Assembly (NCBI GenBank): GCA_022340485.1
Contig: JAJDNX010000129.1
Coordinates: 1 to 61,255 of the forward strand
Direction: 5' to 3'
DNA: 61,255 nt
DNA from: Gammaproteobacteria bacterium
Lineage (GTDB): Bacteria > Pseudomonadota > Gammaproteobacteria > UBA9214
A program made the position numbers and the translations under genes. The notes beneath the pieces were generated by a model that was not told the origin of the DNA, searched no databases, and was given only the letters and a program-made list of their open reading frames with translations. Below, piece by piece: positions 30,012 to 42,048 of this stretch (the stretch's first letter is position 1; each line of letters opens with the position of its first letter).

Positions 30012-31151
30012 ATGATTTACTGGCGGTTGTCGGGTTTTTACCTGTTTTACTTTGCCTCTCTGGGCGCACTGTTACCCTACTGGGGCCTGTACCTGAAGTC
30101 TCTTGATTTCAGTGTCACCGAGATCGGGCAACTGCTCGCCATACTCATGGCGACCAAGATTGTGGCCCCAAACATCTGGGGCTGGATTGCCGACCACACC
30201 GCTCACCGCATGGCGATTATCCGCCTCGCTTCTCTATTCGCAGCGATCGCTTTTGCCGGTGTCTTTTTTGCCGATGGTTTCTGGTGGCTGTCACTGGTGA
30301 TGGCGGTATTCAGCTTTTTCTGGAATGCGTCGCTACCGCAGTTTGAAGCCACCACCATGAACCATCTTGGTGATGAGTTGCATCGCTACAGTGGCATCCG
30401 GTTGTGGGGTTCGATCGGTTTTATTCTTGCGGTTAGCGGTCTCGGAACACTGCTTGGACAGTCAGGTATAGGGATACTGCCAGTAGTACTCATGGGTCTG
30501 TTCGTGCTGATTTGGCTAAGCAGTCTGACAGTACCGGAATCTGCTGCAGGATACCTGCCACTTGACCAGGAACCGCTGCTCAAGGTGCTACGGAAACCGC
30601 TGGTTCAGTCGCTGTTGGCGGTGTGCTTCCTCGTGCAGGCTAGCCATGGACCGTATTACGCCTTTTTCAGTATTTACATGGAAGACTATGGTTACCCGAC
30701 AGCCACCATCGGGCAACTATGGGCACTGGGCGTGGTCGCGGAAATCTGCGTATTCCTGCTGATGCCGGTATTGCTACCACGCTTTGGAGCGCGCAGGTTG
30801 CTGATAGCGGCAGTTGCCCTGACCACCCTGCGGTGGTTGCTGACGGGGCTGTATGCTGACAATCTGGCCGCTATTATCTTCAGCCAGACCCTGCATGCCG
30901 CCAGTTTTGGCTTGTATCACGCCGTGATGATTGCACTGATTCACTCCCTGTTTGTCGGTTCCCACCAGGGTCGCGGACAGGCTTTATACAGCAGTATAAG
31001 TTTTGGAGCCGGTGGCGCTGCAGGCATACTGGTCAGCGGCTATCTTTGGACCAGCATGAGTCCGCAGACCATGTATTTGATGGCTGCGCTGACCAGCCTG
31101 TGTGCATTGCTGGTCGTGCTATTTGGTGTCCGGAATATCCCTCAGGGTTGA
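30012..31151 (+). CDS. MFS transporter (MFS_1_like/HcaT-type, 12 TM)
   Basis: RLSGFYLFYFASLGALLPYWGLYLKSLDFS and multiple hydrophobic helices. Substrate unknown. Confidence 0.75.
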   Translation: MIYWRLSGFYLFYFASLGALLPYWGLYLKSLDFSVTEIGQLLAILMATKIVAPNIWGWIADHTAHRMAIIRLASLFAAIAFAGVFFADGFWWLSLVMAVFSFFWNASLPQFEATTMNHLGDELHRYSGIRLWGSIGFILAVSGLGTLLGQSGIGILPVVLMGLFVLIWLSSLTVPESAAGYLPLDQEPLLKVLRKPLVQSLLAVCFLVQASHGPYYAFFSIYMEDYGYPTATIGQLWALGVVAEICVFLLMPVLLPRFGARRLLIAAVALTTLRWLLTGLYADNLAAIIFSQTLHAASFGLYHAVMIALIHSLFVGSHQGRGQALYSSISFGAGGAAGILVSGYLWTSMSPQTMYLMAALTSLCALLVVLFGVRNIPQG

Positions 31152-31231
31152 AAGGAATGAATGGCTTCGTCACGTAGTTACTATATACTTTGTCGTTTAA
31201 CAGGCAGCCACAGGCAAGCAGACGACTAGCA

Positions 31232-32641
31232 ATGTCCGGTAAGACACTCTACGACAAACTTTGGGATGCGCACCTTGTCCGGCAGGACGAGGGCGGTATG
31301 GCCCTGATCTATATCGATCGTCACCTGATCCATGAGGTGACTTCTCCACAGGCCTTCGAGGGCCTGCGGCTCGCCGGTCGCAAGCCTTGGCGCACAGACT
31401 CGATCCTCGCAGTCCCGGATCACAACGTTCCCACCACCGACCGTTCACTGGGTATTTCTGACCCGGTCTCGCGCCTGCAGGTTGAGACCCTCGACCAGAA
31501 CTGTGCCGAACTGGGTATCACAGAGTTCCTCATGAATGATCCGCGCCAGGGAATCGTGCATGTCATCGGACCGGAGCAGGGCGCAACCTTGCCCGGCATG
31601 ACAGTGGTCTGTGGTGATTCACATACCTCTACACACGGTGCCTTTGGGGCCCTTGCATTTGGTATCGGCACGTCGGATGTTGAACACGTGCTAGCAACCC
31701 AATGCCTGATACTAAAGAAATCAGGGAACCTGGAAATCCGTGTTGACGGACAGTTGGCGCCGGGAGTTTCCGCCAAAGATGTGGTGCTCGCCATCATTGG
31801 CAAGATCGGTACCGCAGGAGGAACCGGCTTTGCGATTGAATTTTCAGGTTCCACCCTGCGTAGCTTGTCTATGGAGGGCCGTATGACGGTCTGCAATATG
31901 GCCATCGAAGCAGGTGCCCGCTCTGGCATGGTCGCCGTAGATGACACGACCATCAATTACCTTGCTGGCCGTCCCTATGCCCCCAAAGGCGAGCTCTGGG
32001 ACCTGGCCATCAAAAGCTGGAAGGCACTTCACAGCGATCCGGATGCGTCATTCGATCGCAGTGTCAGCCTCGATGCCAGCACTATTCCGCCGCAGGTCAC
32101 CTGGGGGACCTCGCCGGAAATGGTAGTCTCCATTGATCAGGTGGTACCGGACCCGGATAACGAAACCGATAGTGTCAAACGTGAAGGCATGCGCAAAGCG
32201 CTCGCCTATATGGATCTGAAACCCGGTACTCCCATCACCGATATACGGCCTGACCATGTATTTATCGGTTCCTGCACCAATGCACGCATAGAAGACCTGC
32301 GTGCTGCCGCCGCTGCAATCCGCGGTCGCAAGATTGCCCGAGGTATCAAGCAGGCACTGGTCGTACCCGGTTCGGGGCTGGTCAAGCGTCAGGCAGAGGC
32401 AGAAGGCCTCGACAAGATCTTTACAGACGCCGGCTTTGAGTGGCGTGAACCCGGTTGTTCCATGTGTCTGGCAATGAATGCCGACCGTCTGGCACCCGGG
32501 GATCGTTGTGCCTCAACGTCCAACCGTAACTTTGAAGGGCGCCAGGGCCAGGGCGGGCGCACTCACCTGGTGAGCCCGGCTATGGCGGCCGCCGCCGCGG
32601 TTACCGGTCATTTTACGGATACTCGCCGGGAACAGGCCTGA
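31232..32641 (+). CDS. leuC: 3-isopropylmalate dehydratase large subunit
   Basis: [62 protein letters not shown]. Confidence 0.95.
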   Translation: MSGKTLYDKLWDAHLVRQDEGGMALIYIDRHLIHEVTSPQAFEGLRLAGRKPWRTDSILAVPDHNVPTTDRSLGISDPVSRLQVETLDQNCAELGITEFLMNDPRQGIVHVIGPEQGATLPGMTVVCGDSHTSTHGAFGALAFGIGTSDVEHVLATQCLILKKSGNLEIRVDGQLAPGVSAKDVVLAIIGKIGTAGGTGFAIEFSGSTLRSLSMEGRMTVCNMAIEAGARSGMVAVDDTTINYLAGRPYAPKGELWDLAIKSWKALHSDPDASFDRSVSLDASTIPPQVTWGTSPEMVVSIDQVVPDPDNETDSVKREGMRKALAYMDLKPGTPITDIRPDHVFIGSCTNARIEDLRAAAAAIRGRKIARGIKQALVVPGSGLVKRQAEAEGLDKIFTDAGFEWREPGCSMCLAMNADRLAPGDRCASTSNRNFEGRQGQGGRTHLVSPAMAAAAAVTGHFTDTRREQA

Positions 32642-32658
32642 AGGAAGGGATATATTGC

Positions 32659-33300
32659 ATGATAAAGATTGACAAGCATCATGGCATTGTCATGCCACTG
32701 GACAGACACAATGTCGATACCGACGCCATTATTCCGAAACAGTTCCTGAAATCGATCAAGCGCAGCGGCTTTGGTCACAACCTGTTTGATGAATGGCGCT
32801 ACCATGACCATGGTGAACCCGGCATGGACCCCGCTAGCCGCAAAAAAAATCCGGATTTCGTGCTCAATCAACCGCGTTATGAGGGGGCCTCGATCTTGCT
32901 GGGCCGCCACAATTTCGGCTGCGGCTCATCCCGCGAACATGCCGTGTGGGCACTGATCGATCATGGCTTCCGCGTCGTGATTGCACCCAGTTTCGCCGAC
33001 ATCTTTTATAACAACGCCCGCAAGAACGGCCTGCTGTGCATCGTGCTGGATGAAGACCTCGTTGATCTTTTGTTCAGAGAGGTCACACAAAACCCGGGGT
33101 ATCGCATACTGGTCGACCTGCCGACACAACAGATCGTCCTGCCCAATCGGCACACCATCGCCTTTGATATCGATCCTTTCCACAAGGAGTGTCATATCCG
33201 CGGCCTGGATGACATTGGCTTGACACTGGAACATGCCACAGAGATCCGTGCGTTTGAGGAAAAACGTCGCCAGACAGCGCCATGGTTATTTAATAATTAA
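32659..33300 (+). CDS. leuD: 3-isopropylmalate dehydratase small subunit
   Basis: [40 protein letters not shown]. Confidence 0.95.
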   Translation: MIKIDKHHGIVMPLDRHNVDTDAIIPKQFLKSIKRSGFGHNLFDEWRYHDHGEPGMDPASRKKNPDFVLNQPRYEGASILLGRHNFGCGSSREHAVWALIDHGFRVVIAPSFADIFYNNARKNGLLCIVLDEDLVDLLFREVTQNPGYRILVDLPTQQIVLPNRHTIAFDIDPFHKECHIRGLDDIGLTLEHATEIRAFEEKRRQTAPWLFNN

Positions 33301-33328
33301 CTATAACTATTTCACATAAGTAATAGAT

Positions 33329-34414
33329 ATGTCACATAAAATAGCAATCCTTCCTGGAGATGGTATCGGACCAGAAATCATTGCCGAGGCCTGCCGTGTG
33401 CTAGAGGTGCTGCGTTCGGAGTACGGTCTCTCCATCGAGACCGAACGGGCGGATGTAGGTGGAGCGGCCTATGACGCACACGGTCACCCGCTACCTGAGC
33501 CGACACTGAGAGTCGCCCGTGAGGCTGATGCTGTACTGTTGGGTGCGGTTGGCGGAACAAAATGGGAAACACTGGAGCGTGCGCTGCGGCCTGAAAAGGG
33601 CTTGCTCGCCTTGCGCACCGAACTTACGCTGTTTTCTAACCTACGCCCCGCAATCCTCTATCCGCAGCTGGTAGCTGCCTCCACCCTGAGGCCAGAGATC
33701 GTCAACGGGCTTGATCTTATGATCGTTCGTGAATTGACTGGCGGCATTTACTTCGGTCAGCCACGCGGCATCCGTATCCTTGAAGATGGACAGAGGCAAG
33801 GCTTCAACACGCTGGTGTATTCTGAATCCGAGATCGAGCGCATCGGCCGCTCCGCCTTCGAGATCGCACGGAAACGCTCCATGCGGCTGTGCTCGGTAGA
33901 CAAGGCAAATGTGCTGGAGGTTTCCGAACTTTGGCGAAGTGTCATGACGGGACTTGCAGCCGAGTACCATGATGTCGAATTGAGTCACATGTACGTGGAC
34001 AATGCGGCCATGCAGCTGGTACGTAACCCCAAGCAGTTTGATGTCATGGTGACTGGCAATATGTTTGGCGATATTCTCTCGGACGCGGCGGCCATGCTTA
34101 CCGGTTCGATCGGTATGCTGCCCTCCGCATCGCTGGACAGCCATGGCAAAGGGATGTATGAGCCGATCCACGGGTCGGCTCCCGATATCGCAGGGCAGGG
34201 TATTGCCAACCCGCTGGCAACCATACTCTCGGTGTCGATGATGTTACGCTACAGCCTCAATGAAGCAACGCTGGCCGATCACATCGACGCAGCCGTGGGA
34301 ACAGTGCTCGACAATGGGCTGAGAACAGCAGATATTGCTTCCGCTGGCATGCATACTGTGAGCACCCGTGCCATGGGTGACGCAGTTGTTGACGCCCTGC
34401 GGGCAAAAAGCTAG
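33329..34414 (+). CDS. leuB: 3-isopropylmalate dehydrogenase
   Basis: [53 protein letters not shown]. Confidence 0.95.
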   Translation: MSHKIAILPGDGIGPEIIAEACRVLEVLRSEYGLSIETERADVGGAAYDAHGHPLPEPTLRVAREADAVLLGAVGGTKWETLERALRPEKGLLALRTELTLFSNLRPAILYPQLVAASTLRPEIVNGLDLMIVRELTGGIYFGQPRGIRILEDGQRQGFNTLVYSESEIERIGRSAFEIARKRSMRLCSVDKANVLEVSELWRSVMTGLAAEYHDVELSHMYVDNAAMQLVRNPKQFDVMVTGNMFGDILSDAAAMLTGSIGMLPSASLDSHGKGMYEPIHGSAPDIAGQGIANPLATILSVSMMLRYSLNEATLADHIDAAVGTVLDNGLRTADIASAGMHTVSTRAMGDAVVDALRAKS

Positions 34415-34461
34415 AAATCGGGTATTTTTTAACCGTAACCAACCAATGGTAGTTAACACAG

Positions 34462-35484
34462 ATGTCAGCCAAATATGATGTAGCCGTCGTGGGTGCCACC
34501 GGAGCAGTCGGCGAGGCCATGCTGGAGATCCTTGCCGAACGCAAGTTTCCGGTTAGCAAGGTATACCCGCTTGCCAGTAGCCGCTCGGCCGGCAAGAAGG
34601 TCCGTTTCGGAGATACCTATCTGACGGTTGAGGACCTGGATAGCTTTGATTTTTCCAAGGTTCAGATCGGCCTATTCTCGGCCGGTGCGAGCATTTCCGC
34701 AAAGTATGCACCCATTGCCGCCGCAGCCGGGTGCGTGGTGATCGACAACACCTCGCAGTTCCGCTATGACGACGAGATCCCGCTGGTCGTGCCGGAGGTG
34801 AACCCGCAGGCCATCTCTGACTACAAGCGCCACAACATCATTGCCAACCCGAATTGCTCGACCATCCAGATGCTGGTCGCACTGAAACCCTTGCATGATG
34901 AGGCCGGCATCGAACGCATCAATGTCTGCACCTACCAGGCAGTTTCGGGTACTGGCAAAGAGGCCATCGAAGAGTTGGCCTCACAGACTACCGAACTGCT
35001 CAACGGCCGGGAAGCCAGGGCCAGCGTCTATCCGAAACAAATTGCCTTCAATGTATTGCCGCAAATCGACGTCTTCATGGACAACGGCTACACCAAGGAA
35101 GAAATGAAAATGGTCTGGGAAACTCGGAAAATCATGGGCGATGATACGATCCGGGTCAACCCGACAACCGTACGTGTGCCGGTCTTTTACGGACACTCCG
35201 AAGCAGTACATATCGAAACCAGAAAAAAACTCGATGTCGCAAAGGCTACTGCCTTGTTAAAGAAAGCACCCGGGGTGGTAGTGATCGACAAACGCGAGGA
35301 TGGCGGCTACCCAACAGCGGTAACCGAAGGTGCCAACCATGATGCCGTCTATGTAGGCCGAATCAGGGAGGATATTTCTCACCCGCGGGGCTTGGATCTG
35401 TGGGTTGTTGCCGATAATGTACGCAAAGGTGCCGCACTTAACAGTATTCAGATTGCTGAAATATTGGTCGAAGAGTATTTGTGA
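34462..35484 (+). CDS. asd: Aspartate-semialdehyde dehydrogenase
   Basis: VAVVGATGAVG, ANPNCSTIQM (active-site Cys), VRVPVFYGHS. Confidence 0.95.
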   Translation: MSAKYDVAVVGATGAVGEAMLEILAERKFPVSKVYPLASSRSAGKKVRFGDTYLTVEDLDSFDFSKVQIGLFSAGASISAKYAPIAAAAGCVVIDNTSQFRYDDEIPLVVPEVNPQAISDYKRHNIIANPNCSTIQMLVALKPLHDEAGIERINVCTYQAVSGTGKEAIEELASQTTELLNGREARASVYPKQIAFNVLPQIDVFMDNGYTKEEMKMVWETRKIMGDDTIRVNPTTVRVPVFYGHSEAVHIETRKKLDVAKATALLKKAPGVVVIDKREDGGYPTAVTEGANHDAVYVGRIREDISHPRGLDLWVVADNVRKGAALNSIQIAEILVEEYL

Positions 35485-35587
35485 GCTATAGTCTGCCCAC
35501 AGACAACATCAACGCAGCGTACGGAGCACCCGTACCGGTACTTTCGCTTAATAATCAATGGCTAAGCAACCTAAAGGGGATCTAGGC

Positions 35588-37756
35588 ATGTACAGGAAAT
35601 CGGCTGTAGCAGCAGCCCTGCTTTTTATTACCGCTTCCTCTGATATTCATGCGCTGGGACTTGGCAATATCAACATGCAATCGGCACTCAACCAGCCGAT
35701 GAACGCCGCAATTGAATTGACCTCGGCGGCTGGGACTGATCTCTCGAAAGTGACTGTCACACTCGCTTCACAGGCTGCCCACCAGCGACTTGGCTTGTCG
35801 CGCTCTAGAATCCTCAATGATTTTGACTTCACCATCGAGCAAGACAATCGTGGCAATGCCTACATAAAGGTAAGCAGCAATGCTGCCGTCCACGAGCCGT
35901 TTCTGGAATTCCTACTGGAACTCACCTGGCCGAATGGTCATCTGTTACGTGAATACACGGTACTGGTAGATCCACCAATCACCATGCCGGCAACACCTCC
36001 GACACCGGCGGCACCCGTGGTTAGCAGTATTTCTTCCCCCGCACAGGCTATTCAGCAACGCCGCAGCAGTGCCCGGCCGGCACCGTCGACAGTTCGCGCC
36101 TCAACAGCGGCATCCGCGGATAGTTATGGACCGATCAGACGCAATGAGACCCTGTGGTCGATTGCAGAGAAGCTGCGCCCGGGTCGCGGCATTTCGATGC
36201 ATCAGATGATGCTGGCTTTGCAACGCAAGAATCCACAGGCATTCGCGGACAACAACATCAATAACCTCAATGCCGGTGCAACCCTGAAAATCCCGACACG
36301 GGATGAAATACTCTCTGTTAGCGCATCCGAAGCCTTTGCAGAAACACAGCGGCAATATGCCGAGTGGCAGGAGCGTGGTCAACCGGTGGAGCCGGCCCAG
36401 GATACTCTGGCGGTTGCTGATACGGGTACCGATTCTGCCGCTGCAGTCACCACGGAATCTCGCTTGCAGTTAATGCCACCCGAGACTGAAGCGGTAGACG
36501 GCATGGCCACGGCTGGCGACCCTGTAGAGATAGACGGCACCTCCGCTGAAGCCAGCACTGAAACATTGAATCAACAGCTTGCACTGGCTACTGAAGAGGC
36601 TGAGGCCAACAAGGCACAATCCGCTGAATACCAGTCCCAGGTGAGTGAACTGGAAGAGCAGGTCGAAACTATGAAACGCCTGCTTGAACTCAAGGATGAA
36701 GAACTGGCCAGCATGCAGCAACAGCTCGCTGCCGACGCTGATAACGCGGACATCAACTCTGAAGCAACAGCGCCAGCTGCGAATGAAGCCGAACAGATGG
36801 AGGAGGAGCCGACCACTGTAGCAACCGCAGCAGAAGATGAGGCCGTGAATACCGTCGGAGACGAGTCCAGGGGCATCGTCAACAAGTTGATGGATAACCC
36901 GCTGCTCGCCGGTCTCGGGGTGCTGGTTGCGATGCTGCTGGGTGGTTTTCTCTGGGCTTCCACAAGGCAAAAGAACCGTACCGGGATCTTTGATGACGAA
37001 ATGACGCTGGAGAAACACATGGCCAAGGCTGCATCCAGTGTCAAAAAGGACAACGCACCCCCCGTTATTCAGGTAAAAGAAAAAGAACTGGAACCTGCGC
37101 AGGCTTCCGAATCCTCCCATGATGACAGTGACCCGTTGACCGAGGCCGATGTGTACCTTGCCTATGGCAGGATTCAGCAGGCTGAAGATGTATTGCAGGC
37201 AGCATTGGCTACCTCACCACAGGACAATGCCATTCGCCTCAAACTGCTTGAGGTCTACCATGCCGCAGGGAATGTTGCTGCCTTTGACCGTGAAGCCAGT
37301 GATTTTCGTAATGGGGTCTCAGCAGAGGATGCCATGTGGTTACAGGTTGCATCAATGGGACACGCACTGTCACCCGGTAATCCCCTGTATCAGGCGGAAA
37401 GCAAGCATGCGGCCAATGACGGTGAAGATCTTGATTCGCCCAGCACACCCCACCAGGAGCATTTGCTTGACGGTGCGGTGAACGAAGTGGCGGATTCGGC
37501 GTTACCGGAAAGTATCGAGTACAGTCTCGATGAGGGAAGCGATATCGCCGCTATCGTAGACGTGAACGACGAGGAAGATGCCTCGGAAGGTCTGCTTAGT
37601 ACCGCAGATGAAGTCACCACCAAACTTGACCTTGCACGCGCTTACCTGGACATGGGTGACCCGGAAGGCGCACGCAGCATACTTGGCGAAGTCATGGAAG
37701 AGGGCAACGACGATCAAAAAAACGAAGCTGAAGCATTAATGTCAAATCTTGCCTGA
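35588..37756 (+). CDS. fimV: FimV-family peptidoglycan-binding protein (LysM, acidic coiled-coil, TM, TPR-like C-terminus)
   Basis: Signal peptide; the FimV N-domain LGLGNINMQSALNQPMNAAIEL; LysM YGPIRRNETLWSIAEKL...LNAGATLKIP; and the C-terminal FimV motif TKLDLARAYLDMGDPEGARSILGEV. The asd-fimV-truA synteny fits. The start was placed at the ATG at 35588 (AAGGGGA 7 nt upstream). Confidence 0.85.
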   Translation: MYRKSAVAAALLFITASSDIHALGLGNINMQSALNQPMNAAIELTSAAGTDLSKVTVTLASQAAHQRLGLSRSRILNDFDFTIEQDNRGNAYIKVSSNAAVHEPFLEFLLELTWPNGHLLREYTVLVDPPITMPATPPTPAAPVVSSISSPAQAIQQRRSSARPAPSTVRASTAASADSYGPIRRNETLWSIAEKLRPGRGISMHQMMLALQRKNPQAFADNNINNLNAGATLKIPTRDEILSVSASEAFAETQRQYAEWQERGQPVEPAQDTLAVADTGTDSAAAVTTESRLQLMPPETEAVDGMATAGDPVEIDGTSAEASTETLNQQLALATEEAEANKAQSAEYQSQVSELEEQVETMKRLLELKDEELASMQQQLAADADNADINSEATAPAANEAEQMEEEPTTVATAAEDEAVNTVGDESRGIVNKLMDNPLLAGLGVLVAMLLGGFLWASTRQKNRTGIFDDEMTLEKHMAKAASSVKKDNAPPVIQVKEKELEPAQASESSHDDSDPLTEADVYLAYGRIQQAEDVLQAALATSPQDNAIRLKLLEVYHAAGNVAAFDREASDFRNGVSAEDAMWLQVASMGHALSPGNPLYQAESKHAANDGEDLDSPSTPHQEHLLDGAVNEVADSALPESIEYSLDEGSDIAAIVDVNDEEDASEGLLSTADEVTTKLDLARAYLDMGDPEGARSILGEVMEEGNDDQKNEAEALMSNLA

Positions 37757-38426
37757 TGTACACCCGCTGATACGTGTTGTCATCCTGCTATTGTTCACGG
37801 CAGGCATGGCAACAGCCCGACCCGAACTTCTTGCGGGCGGCACTTTACTATTACTGTTGTTGTATGCCTTAGCCGGAATTCCTTCACCGGCGATCCTGTT
37901 CCTGATGATCAAACGACTGCGCTGGCTGTTGCTGGCTATCCTCCTTGTTTATGGCTGGTGGACACCGGGAGAAAGCGTGTGGCCAGATGCCGGTGCACTG
38001 TCACCAAGCAGTGAAGGTCTTACACTTGGCTTGCTGCGGGTGATGGCACTGGTGGCTATTGTGGCCGCGGTTCACCTGTTACTGCAGAGCACCTCTCGTG
38101 AACAATTGCTACCTGCAATTATGCAACTGATCCGTCCGGTCACCTCACAACAGGTGCGTGAACGCATCGCGGTTCGGGTACTTTTGTCGATAGAAGCCGT
38201 CGCGCAGGTGCAAACACTAGTCAGTGAGGTATTGCGCAAGCATCCGATCAAAAGCTGGAGGATGTCGAGCCTTGCAGGAGCATCGCGGCTGCTTTACAGA
38301 ACTGTGCTCGACAGGGCTGCACAGGCAGCAATCATGCCGATCAAGGTCAACGAACTGGATCCGCCTCCCTGGTGGCAATGGATCATCCCCCTGGCCATGA
38401 GTGGCCTGCTGTTCGTTCCTGTTTGA
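37749..38426 (+). CDS. Hypothetical polytopic membrane protein, weakly CbiQ/EcfT-like
   Basis: TTG start overlapping the fimV stop by 8 nt. About 5 hydrophobic helices. EGLTLGLLRVMALVAIVAAVHLLLQSTSREQLLPAIMQLIRPV...RERIAVRVLLSIEAV resembles the EcfT/CbiQ core. This is from memory only. Confidence 0.45.
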   Translation: MPDVHPLIRVVILLLFTAGMATARPELLAGGTLLLLLLYALAGIPSPAILFLMIKRLRWLLLAILLVYGWWTPGESVWPDAGALSPSSEGLTLGLLRVMALVAIVAAVHLLLQSTSREQLLPAIMQLIRPVTSQQVRERIAVRVLLSIEAVAQVQTLVSEVLRKHPIKSWRMSSLAGASRLLYRTVLDRAAQAAIMPIKVNELDPPPWWQWIIPLAMSGLLFVPV

Positions 38427-38492
38427 ACCTGTCTGCGGGTTGCTGGCACGGTTGATGTAAAATGCCTGCCTGATCTGCATTCATCACGAGTA

Positions 38493-39278
38493 ATGCTTAT
38501 GCGTTTCGCTGCTTGCGTTGAATATGATGGTGCAGGCTTTTTTGGCTGGCAACGCCAGGCAGAAGGCCGCACGGTGCAGGCCTGTGTGGAACAGGCCATT
38601 TCAAAGGTGGCAGACCACAGCATCAAGGTGATCTGTGCGGGACGCACCGATACCGGTGTGCATGCCACCGGGCAGGTCATTCACTTCGATACCCAGGTCG
38701 AACGCCCGACCATCAATTGGTTGCGAGGAACCAATGCGAACTTGCCTGACGATATCAGTGTGCAATGGCTGACAGGAATGGACGATTCCTTTCATGCGCG
38801 CTTCAGCGCCACACAAAGGTATTACCGCTATGTGATCTACAATCATGCAAGCAGGCCGGCTTTACTGAGAAATCATGTCTGCTGGCAGCATAGAGAACTG
38901 GATGCCGGAACAATGGACCTCGCAGGGAAATACCTGCTGGGTGAACACGACTTCACCTCATTTCGGGCGGCTGCCTGCCAGGCACGCAGCCCGGTACGGA
39001 CCATACATTCGCTCGAAGTAACGCGCAGCGGCCATTTTATCTACATAGATGTTATCGCCAATGCCTTTCTTCATCACATGGTGCGTTGTATAGCCGGCGT
39101 GCTGATGAAGATCGGATGTGGCGATCAGCCGCCACTATGGGTCAGCGAGTTACTACAGGTAAGGGACAGGCGCGTCAGTGGCATCAATGCCTCTCCCGCA
39201 GGTTTATATTTGATAGAAGTCCGCTACCCCGGTCATTTTAAGGTACCATCGCGTACCCGGTTGCCTGTATTCGGCTGA
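38493..39278 (+). CDS. truA: tRNA pseudouridine(38-40) synthase
   Basis: RFAACVEYDGAGFFGWQRQ, GRTDTGVHATGQVIHFD (catalytic Asp), YRY. The start could instead be the Met two codons downstream. Confidence 0.95.
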   Translation: MLMRFAACVEYDGAGFFGWQRQAEGRTVQACVEQAISKVADHSIKVICAGRTDTGVHATGQVIHFDTQVERPTINWLRGTNANLPDDISVQWLTGMDDSFHARFSATQRYYRYVIYNHASRPALLRNHVCWQHRELDAGTMDLAGKYLLGEHDFTSFRAAACQARSPVRTIHSLEVTRSGHFIYIDVIANAFLHHMVRCIAGVLMKIGCGDQPPLWVSELLQVRDRRVSGINASPAGLYLIEVRYPGHFKVPSRTRLPVFG

Positions 39279-39349
39279 CTGCCATTGATACGACCACTGG
39301 GACCACAGAGTTCTGATCAATCAATTGCGTAGACAGGATAGCTCCTCAG

Positions 39350-39985
39350 GTGACACGTACCCGCGTTAAAATTTGTGGCATTACCCGCGTTGCAGATGCT
39401 GCCGCGGTGGTGCAGTGTGGCGCCGATGCCCTGGGCCTGGTATTTCATCCAGACAGCCCGCGTTATGTTGATCTCGCGCAGGCCCGGCAAATCGCTGCAT
39501 CGGTATCACCCTTCGTTACGGTTGTTGGGTTGTTTGTGAATACAGCCCCGGACGCCATTCGGCATATCATCGCCAATGTCCCGCTGGGTCTGCTGCAATT
39601 TCACGGCGACGAGGAGAATGCCCTATGTAATTCTTTTGGGCTCCCATTTATTAAATCAATCGCCATGCGTGAAGGAATCGATGTACTGTTTCTCATGGAA
39701 CAATATCCCGATGCAAAAGGATTTCTGCTGGATGCCTGGCAGCCTCAGACATACGGCGGTGGTGGGGAGACCTTCGACTGGAAAATCCTGCCGGAATTGT
39801 CTCCCAGACCCCTCATCCTGGCTGGCGGCTTGACCCCTGAAAATGTCCAGACCGCGATTAACACCGCCCATCCCTATGCGGTAGACGTGAGTAGTGGCGT
39901 AGAATCCCGGAAAGGGATCAAGTCAGCTGCTAAAATGGCAGCTTTCATGAAAGGAGTAGAGAACAGTGACACAGGTGGTTACTAG
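39350..39985 (+). CDS. trpF: Phosphoribosylanthranilate isomerase
   Basis: [35 protein letters not shown] start. Confidence 0.9.
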   Translation: MTRTRVKICGITRVADAAAVVQCGADALGLVFHPDSPRYVDLAQARQIAASVSPFVTVVGLFVNTAPDAIRHIIANVPLGLLQFHGDEENALCNSFGLPFIKSIAMREGIDVLFLMEQYPDAKGFLLDAWQPQTYGGGGETFDWKILPELSPRPLILAGGLTPENVQTAINTAHPYAVDVSSGVESRKGIKSAAKMAAFMKGVENSDTGGY

Positions 39986-41189
39986 CAGGACCAACCCGTC
40001 ATCGCTACCCGATGAACGAGGACACTTCGGTGCCTTTGGGGGGCGTTTTGTTGCAGAAACACTGATGCGTCCACTCGACGAGTTGAATGCAGCCTACCGG
40101 AAATATCTGCAGAGTCCGGAATTTCTGGCAGAGCTGGACCGGGACCTGGCACATTTCGTCGGTCGTCCTTCACCGCTGTATTTTGCAGAGCGCTGGAGCC
40201 AGCATGTCGGCGGTGCACGCATCTACCTCAAGCGTGAAGACCTGAATCACACCGGCGCCCACAAGATCAACAATACCGTAGGTCAGGCACTACTGGCAAA
40301 ACGAATGGGCAAGACACGCATTATTGCCGAGACCGGTGCCGGTCAACACGGTGTTGCCTCGGCAACGGTTGCAGCACGCCTCGGAATGGAATGTGTTGTG
40401 TACATGGGTGCTGAAGATATCAAGCGCCAGGCCATTAACGTCTACCGCATGCGCATGATGGGTGCCGATGTCGTCTCTGTTGAGTCAGGGTCAAAGACCC
40501 TGAAAGATGCACTCAATGAAGCCCTGCGTGACTGGGTTACCAATGTGGATAATACCTTTTACATCATTGGTACCGTGGCAGGTCCGCATCCATATCCGCT
40601 GATGGTAAGGGAATTCCAGACGGTCATCGGCCGGGAAACACGGCAGCAAATCCAGCAGCTGGAAGGACGCCTGCCGGATGCGCTGGTGGCCTGTGTAGGC
40701 GGTGGTTCAAATGCCATCGGCCTGTTTCACCCATTCATCGATGATGCAGGGGTTGCACTCTACGGGGTCGAGGGTGGTGGAGATGGCATTGAAACAGGTC
40801 GGCATGCCGCGCCGTTGTGTGCCGGCCGTTCCGGCGTGCTGCATGGAAACCGGACCTACCTAATGGAAGACCGCGATGGCCAGATCATCGAGACGCACTC
40901 CATCTCCGCAGGGCTGGATTATCCGGGTGTCGGCCCCGAGCATGCCTGGTTGAAGGATTCTGGTCGTGCCACCTACGTAGCGATCACTGACACGGAAGCC
41001 CTTGCAGCGTTTCATAACCTCACCCGAACCGAAGGCATCATGCCAGCATTGGAATCCAGTCATGCCTTGGCCTACGCCGCCAAACTCGCGGCAACCATGG
41101 ACAAGGACAAGATTATTGTCGTAAATCTGTCAGGACGCGGCGACAAGGACATTCACACCATTGCAGAGCTGGAAGGAATCAAGGTATGA
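39966..41189 (+). CDS. trpB: Tryptophan synthase beta chain
   Basis: [32 protein letters not shown] (PLP Lys), [16 protein letters not shown]. Confidence 0.95.
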   Translation: MTQVVTSRTNPSSLPDERGHFGAFGGRFVAETLMRPLDELNAAYRKYLQSPEFLAELDRDLAHFVGRPSPLYFAERWSQHVGGARIYLKREDLNHTGAHKINNTVGQALLAKRMGKTRIIAETGAGQHGVASATVAARLGMECVVYMGAEDIKRQAINVYRMRMMGADVVSVESGSKTLKDALNEALRDWVTNVDNTFYIIGTVAGPHPYPLMVREFQTVIGRETRQQIQQLEGRLPDALVACVGGGSNAIGLFHPFIDDAGVALYGVEGGGDGIETGRHAAPLCAGRSGVLHGNRTYLMEDRDGQIIETHSISAGLDYPGVGPEHAWLKDSGRATYVAITDTEALAAFHNLTRTEGIMPALESSHALAYAAKLAATMDKDKIIVVNLSGRGDKDIHTIAELEGIKV

Positions 41190-41995
41190 GCCGCATAAAG
41201 CAATGCTTTAGCGACTTGAAGTCGCAGCGAAAAAAGGCACTCATCCCGTTTATCACAGCAGGTGATCCGCAACCGGGCGTCACGGTGGGACTGATGCATG
41301 CAATGGTAACGGCGGGCGCTGATCTGCTCGAACTGGGTGTCCCGTTTTCCGATCCGATGGCTGATGGGCCGGTCATACAGGCCGCGTGTGAACGCGCACT
41401 CAGGCACCATGTGACCCTGCACAATGTGCTTGATATGGTGCGTGATTTTCGCAGAGATGATATAAAAACACCAGTTATTTTAATGGGTTATCTGAACCCT
41501 ATCGAGGCATGGGGCTATGCGGCGTTTGCACAGGCAGCTGCCGCTGCCGGTGTCGACGGTGTCTTGACGGTGGACATGCCACCGGAAGAGGCGGGAGAGT
41601 TCACCGCGGCCATGAATGCTGCTGCCATTGACACCATTTTCCTGCTTGCACCTACCAGCGATGACAGCCGCATGCAAAGGGTCAGTGAAGTCGCCAGTGG
41701 TTTTATTTACTACGTATCCTTCAAGGGGGTCACTGGTGCGAATCGCCTGGATGTGTCTTCAGTTGCCACCAAGCTGAGTGAGTTACGCCATTATACGAAG
41801 CTGCCTGTAGGCGTGGGCTTCGGCATTCGTGATGCTGAAACCGCGGGGCAGGTGGCCGGGATAGCCGACGCCGTGGTCGTCGGCAGTGCGCTGGTTCAGC
41901 AGATTGCTGAACTCGCTGAACGACCCGAGGTCATTCCAGCTGCACTGGCAGTGACGATTGCCGAACTGCGTGCAGGCATTGATAAGGCCGTTTAG
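41186..41995 (+). CDS. trpA: Tryptophan synthase alpha chain
   Basis: [42 protein letters not shown]. It overlaps trpB by 4 nt. Confidence 0.95.
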   Translation: MSRIKQCFSDLKSQRKKALIPFITAGDPQPGVTVGLMHAMVTAGADLLELGVPFSDPMADGPVIQAACERALRHHVTLHNVLDMVRDFRRDDIKTPVILMGYLNPIEAWGYAAFAQAAAAAGVDGVLTVDMPPEEAGEFTAAMNAAAIDTIFLLAPTSDDSRMQRVSEVASGFIYYVSFKGVTGANRLDVSSVATKLSELRHYTKLPVGVGFGIRDAETAGQVAGIADAVVVGSALVQQIAELAERPEVIPAALAVTIAELRAGIDKAV

Positions 41996-42048
41996 TCCGG
42001 AGGCAGACGACTTTTCGTATCCGCGGATGAACAGGTACAATCAAACGC

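Noticed and set aside
29404-30069. 221-aa minus-strand ORF
   Set aside because: It is antisense to aroC, a shadow frame.
35519-35535. Hairpin GTACGG-AGCAC-CCGTAC after asd, as a terminator
   Set aside because: The stem is short and lacks a proper downstream T-tract (CGGTACTTTCGCTT).
36470-37120. 216-aa and 160-aa minus-strand ORFs inside fimV
   Set aside because: They are antisense to the acidic, low-complexity region of fimV. The repetitive Ser/Leu/Phe-rich translation is a mirror of the Glu/Ala-rich sense frame.
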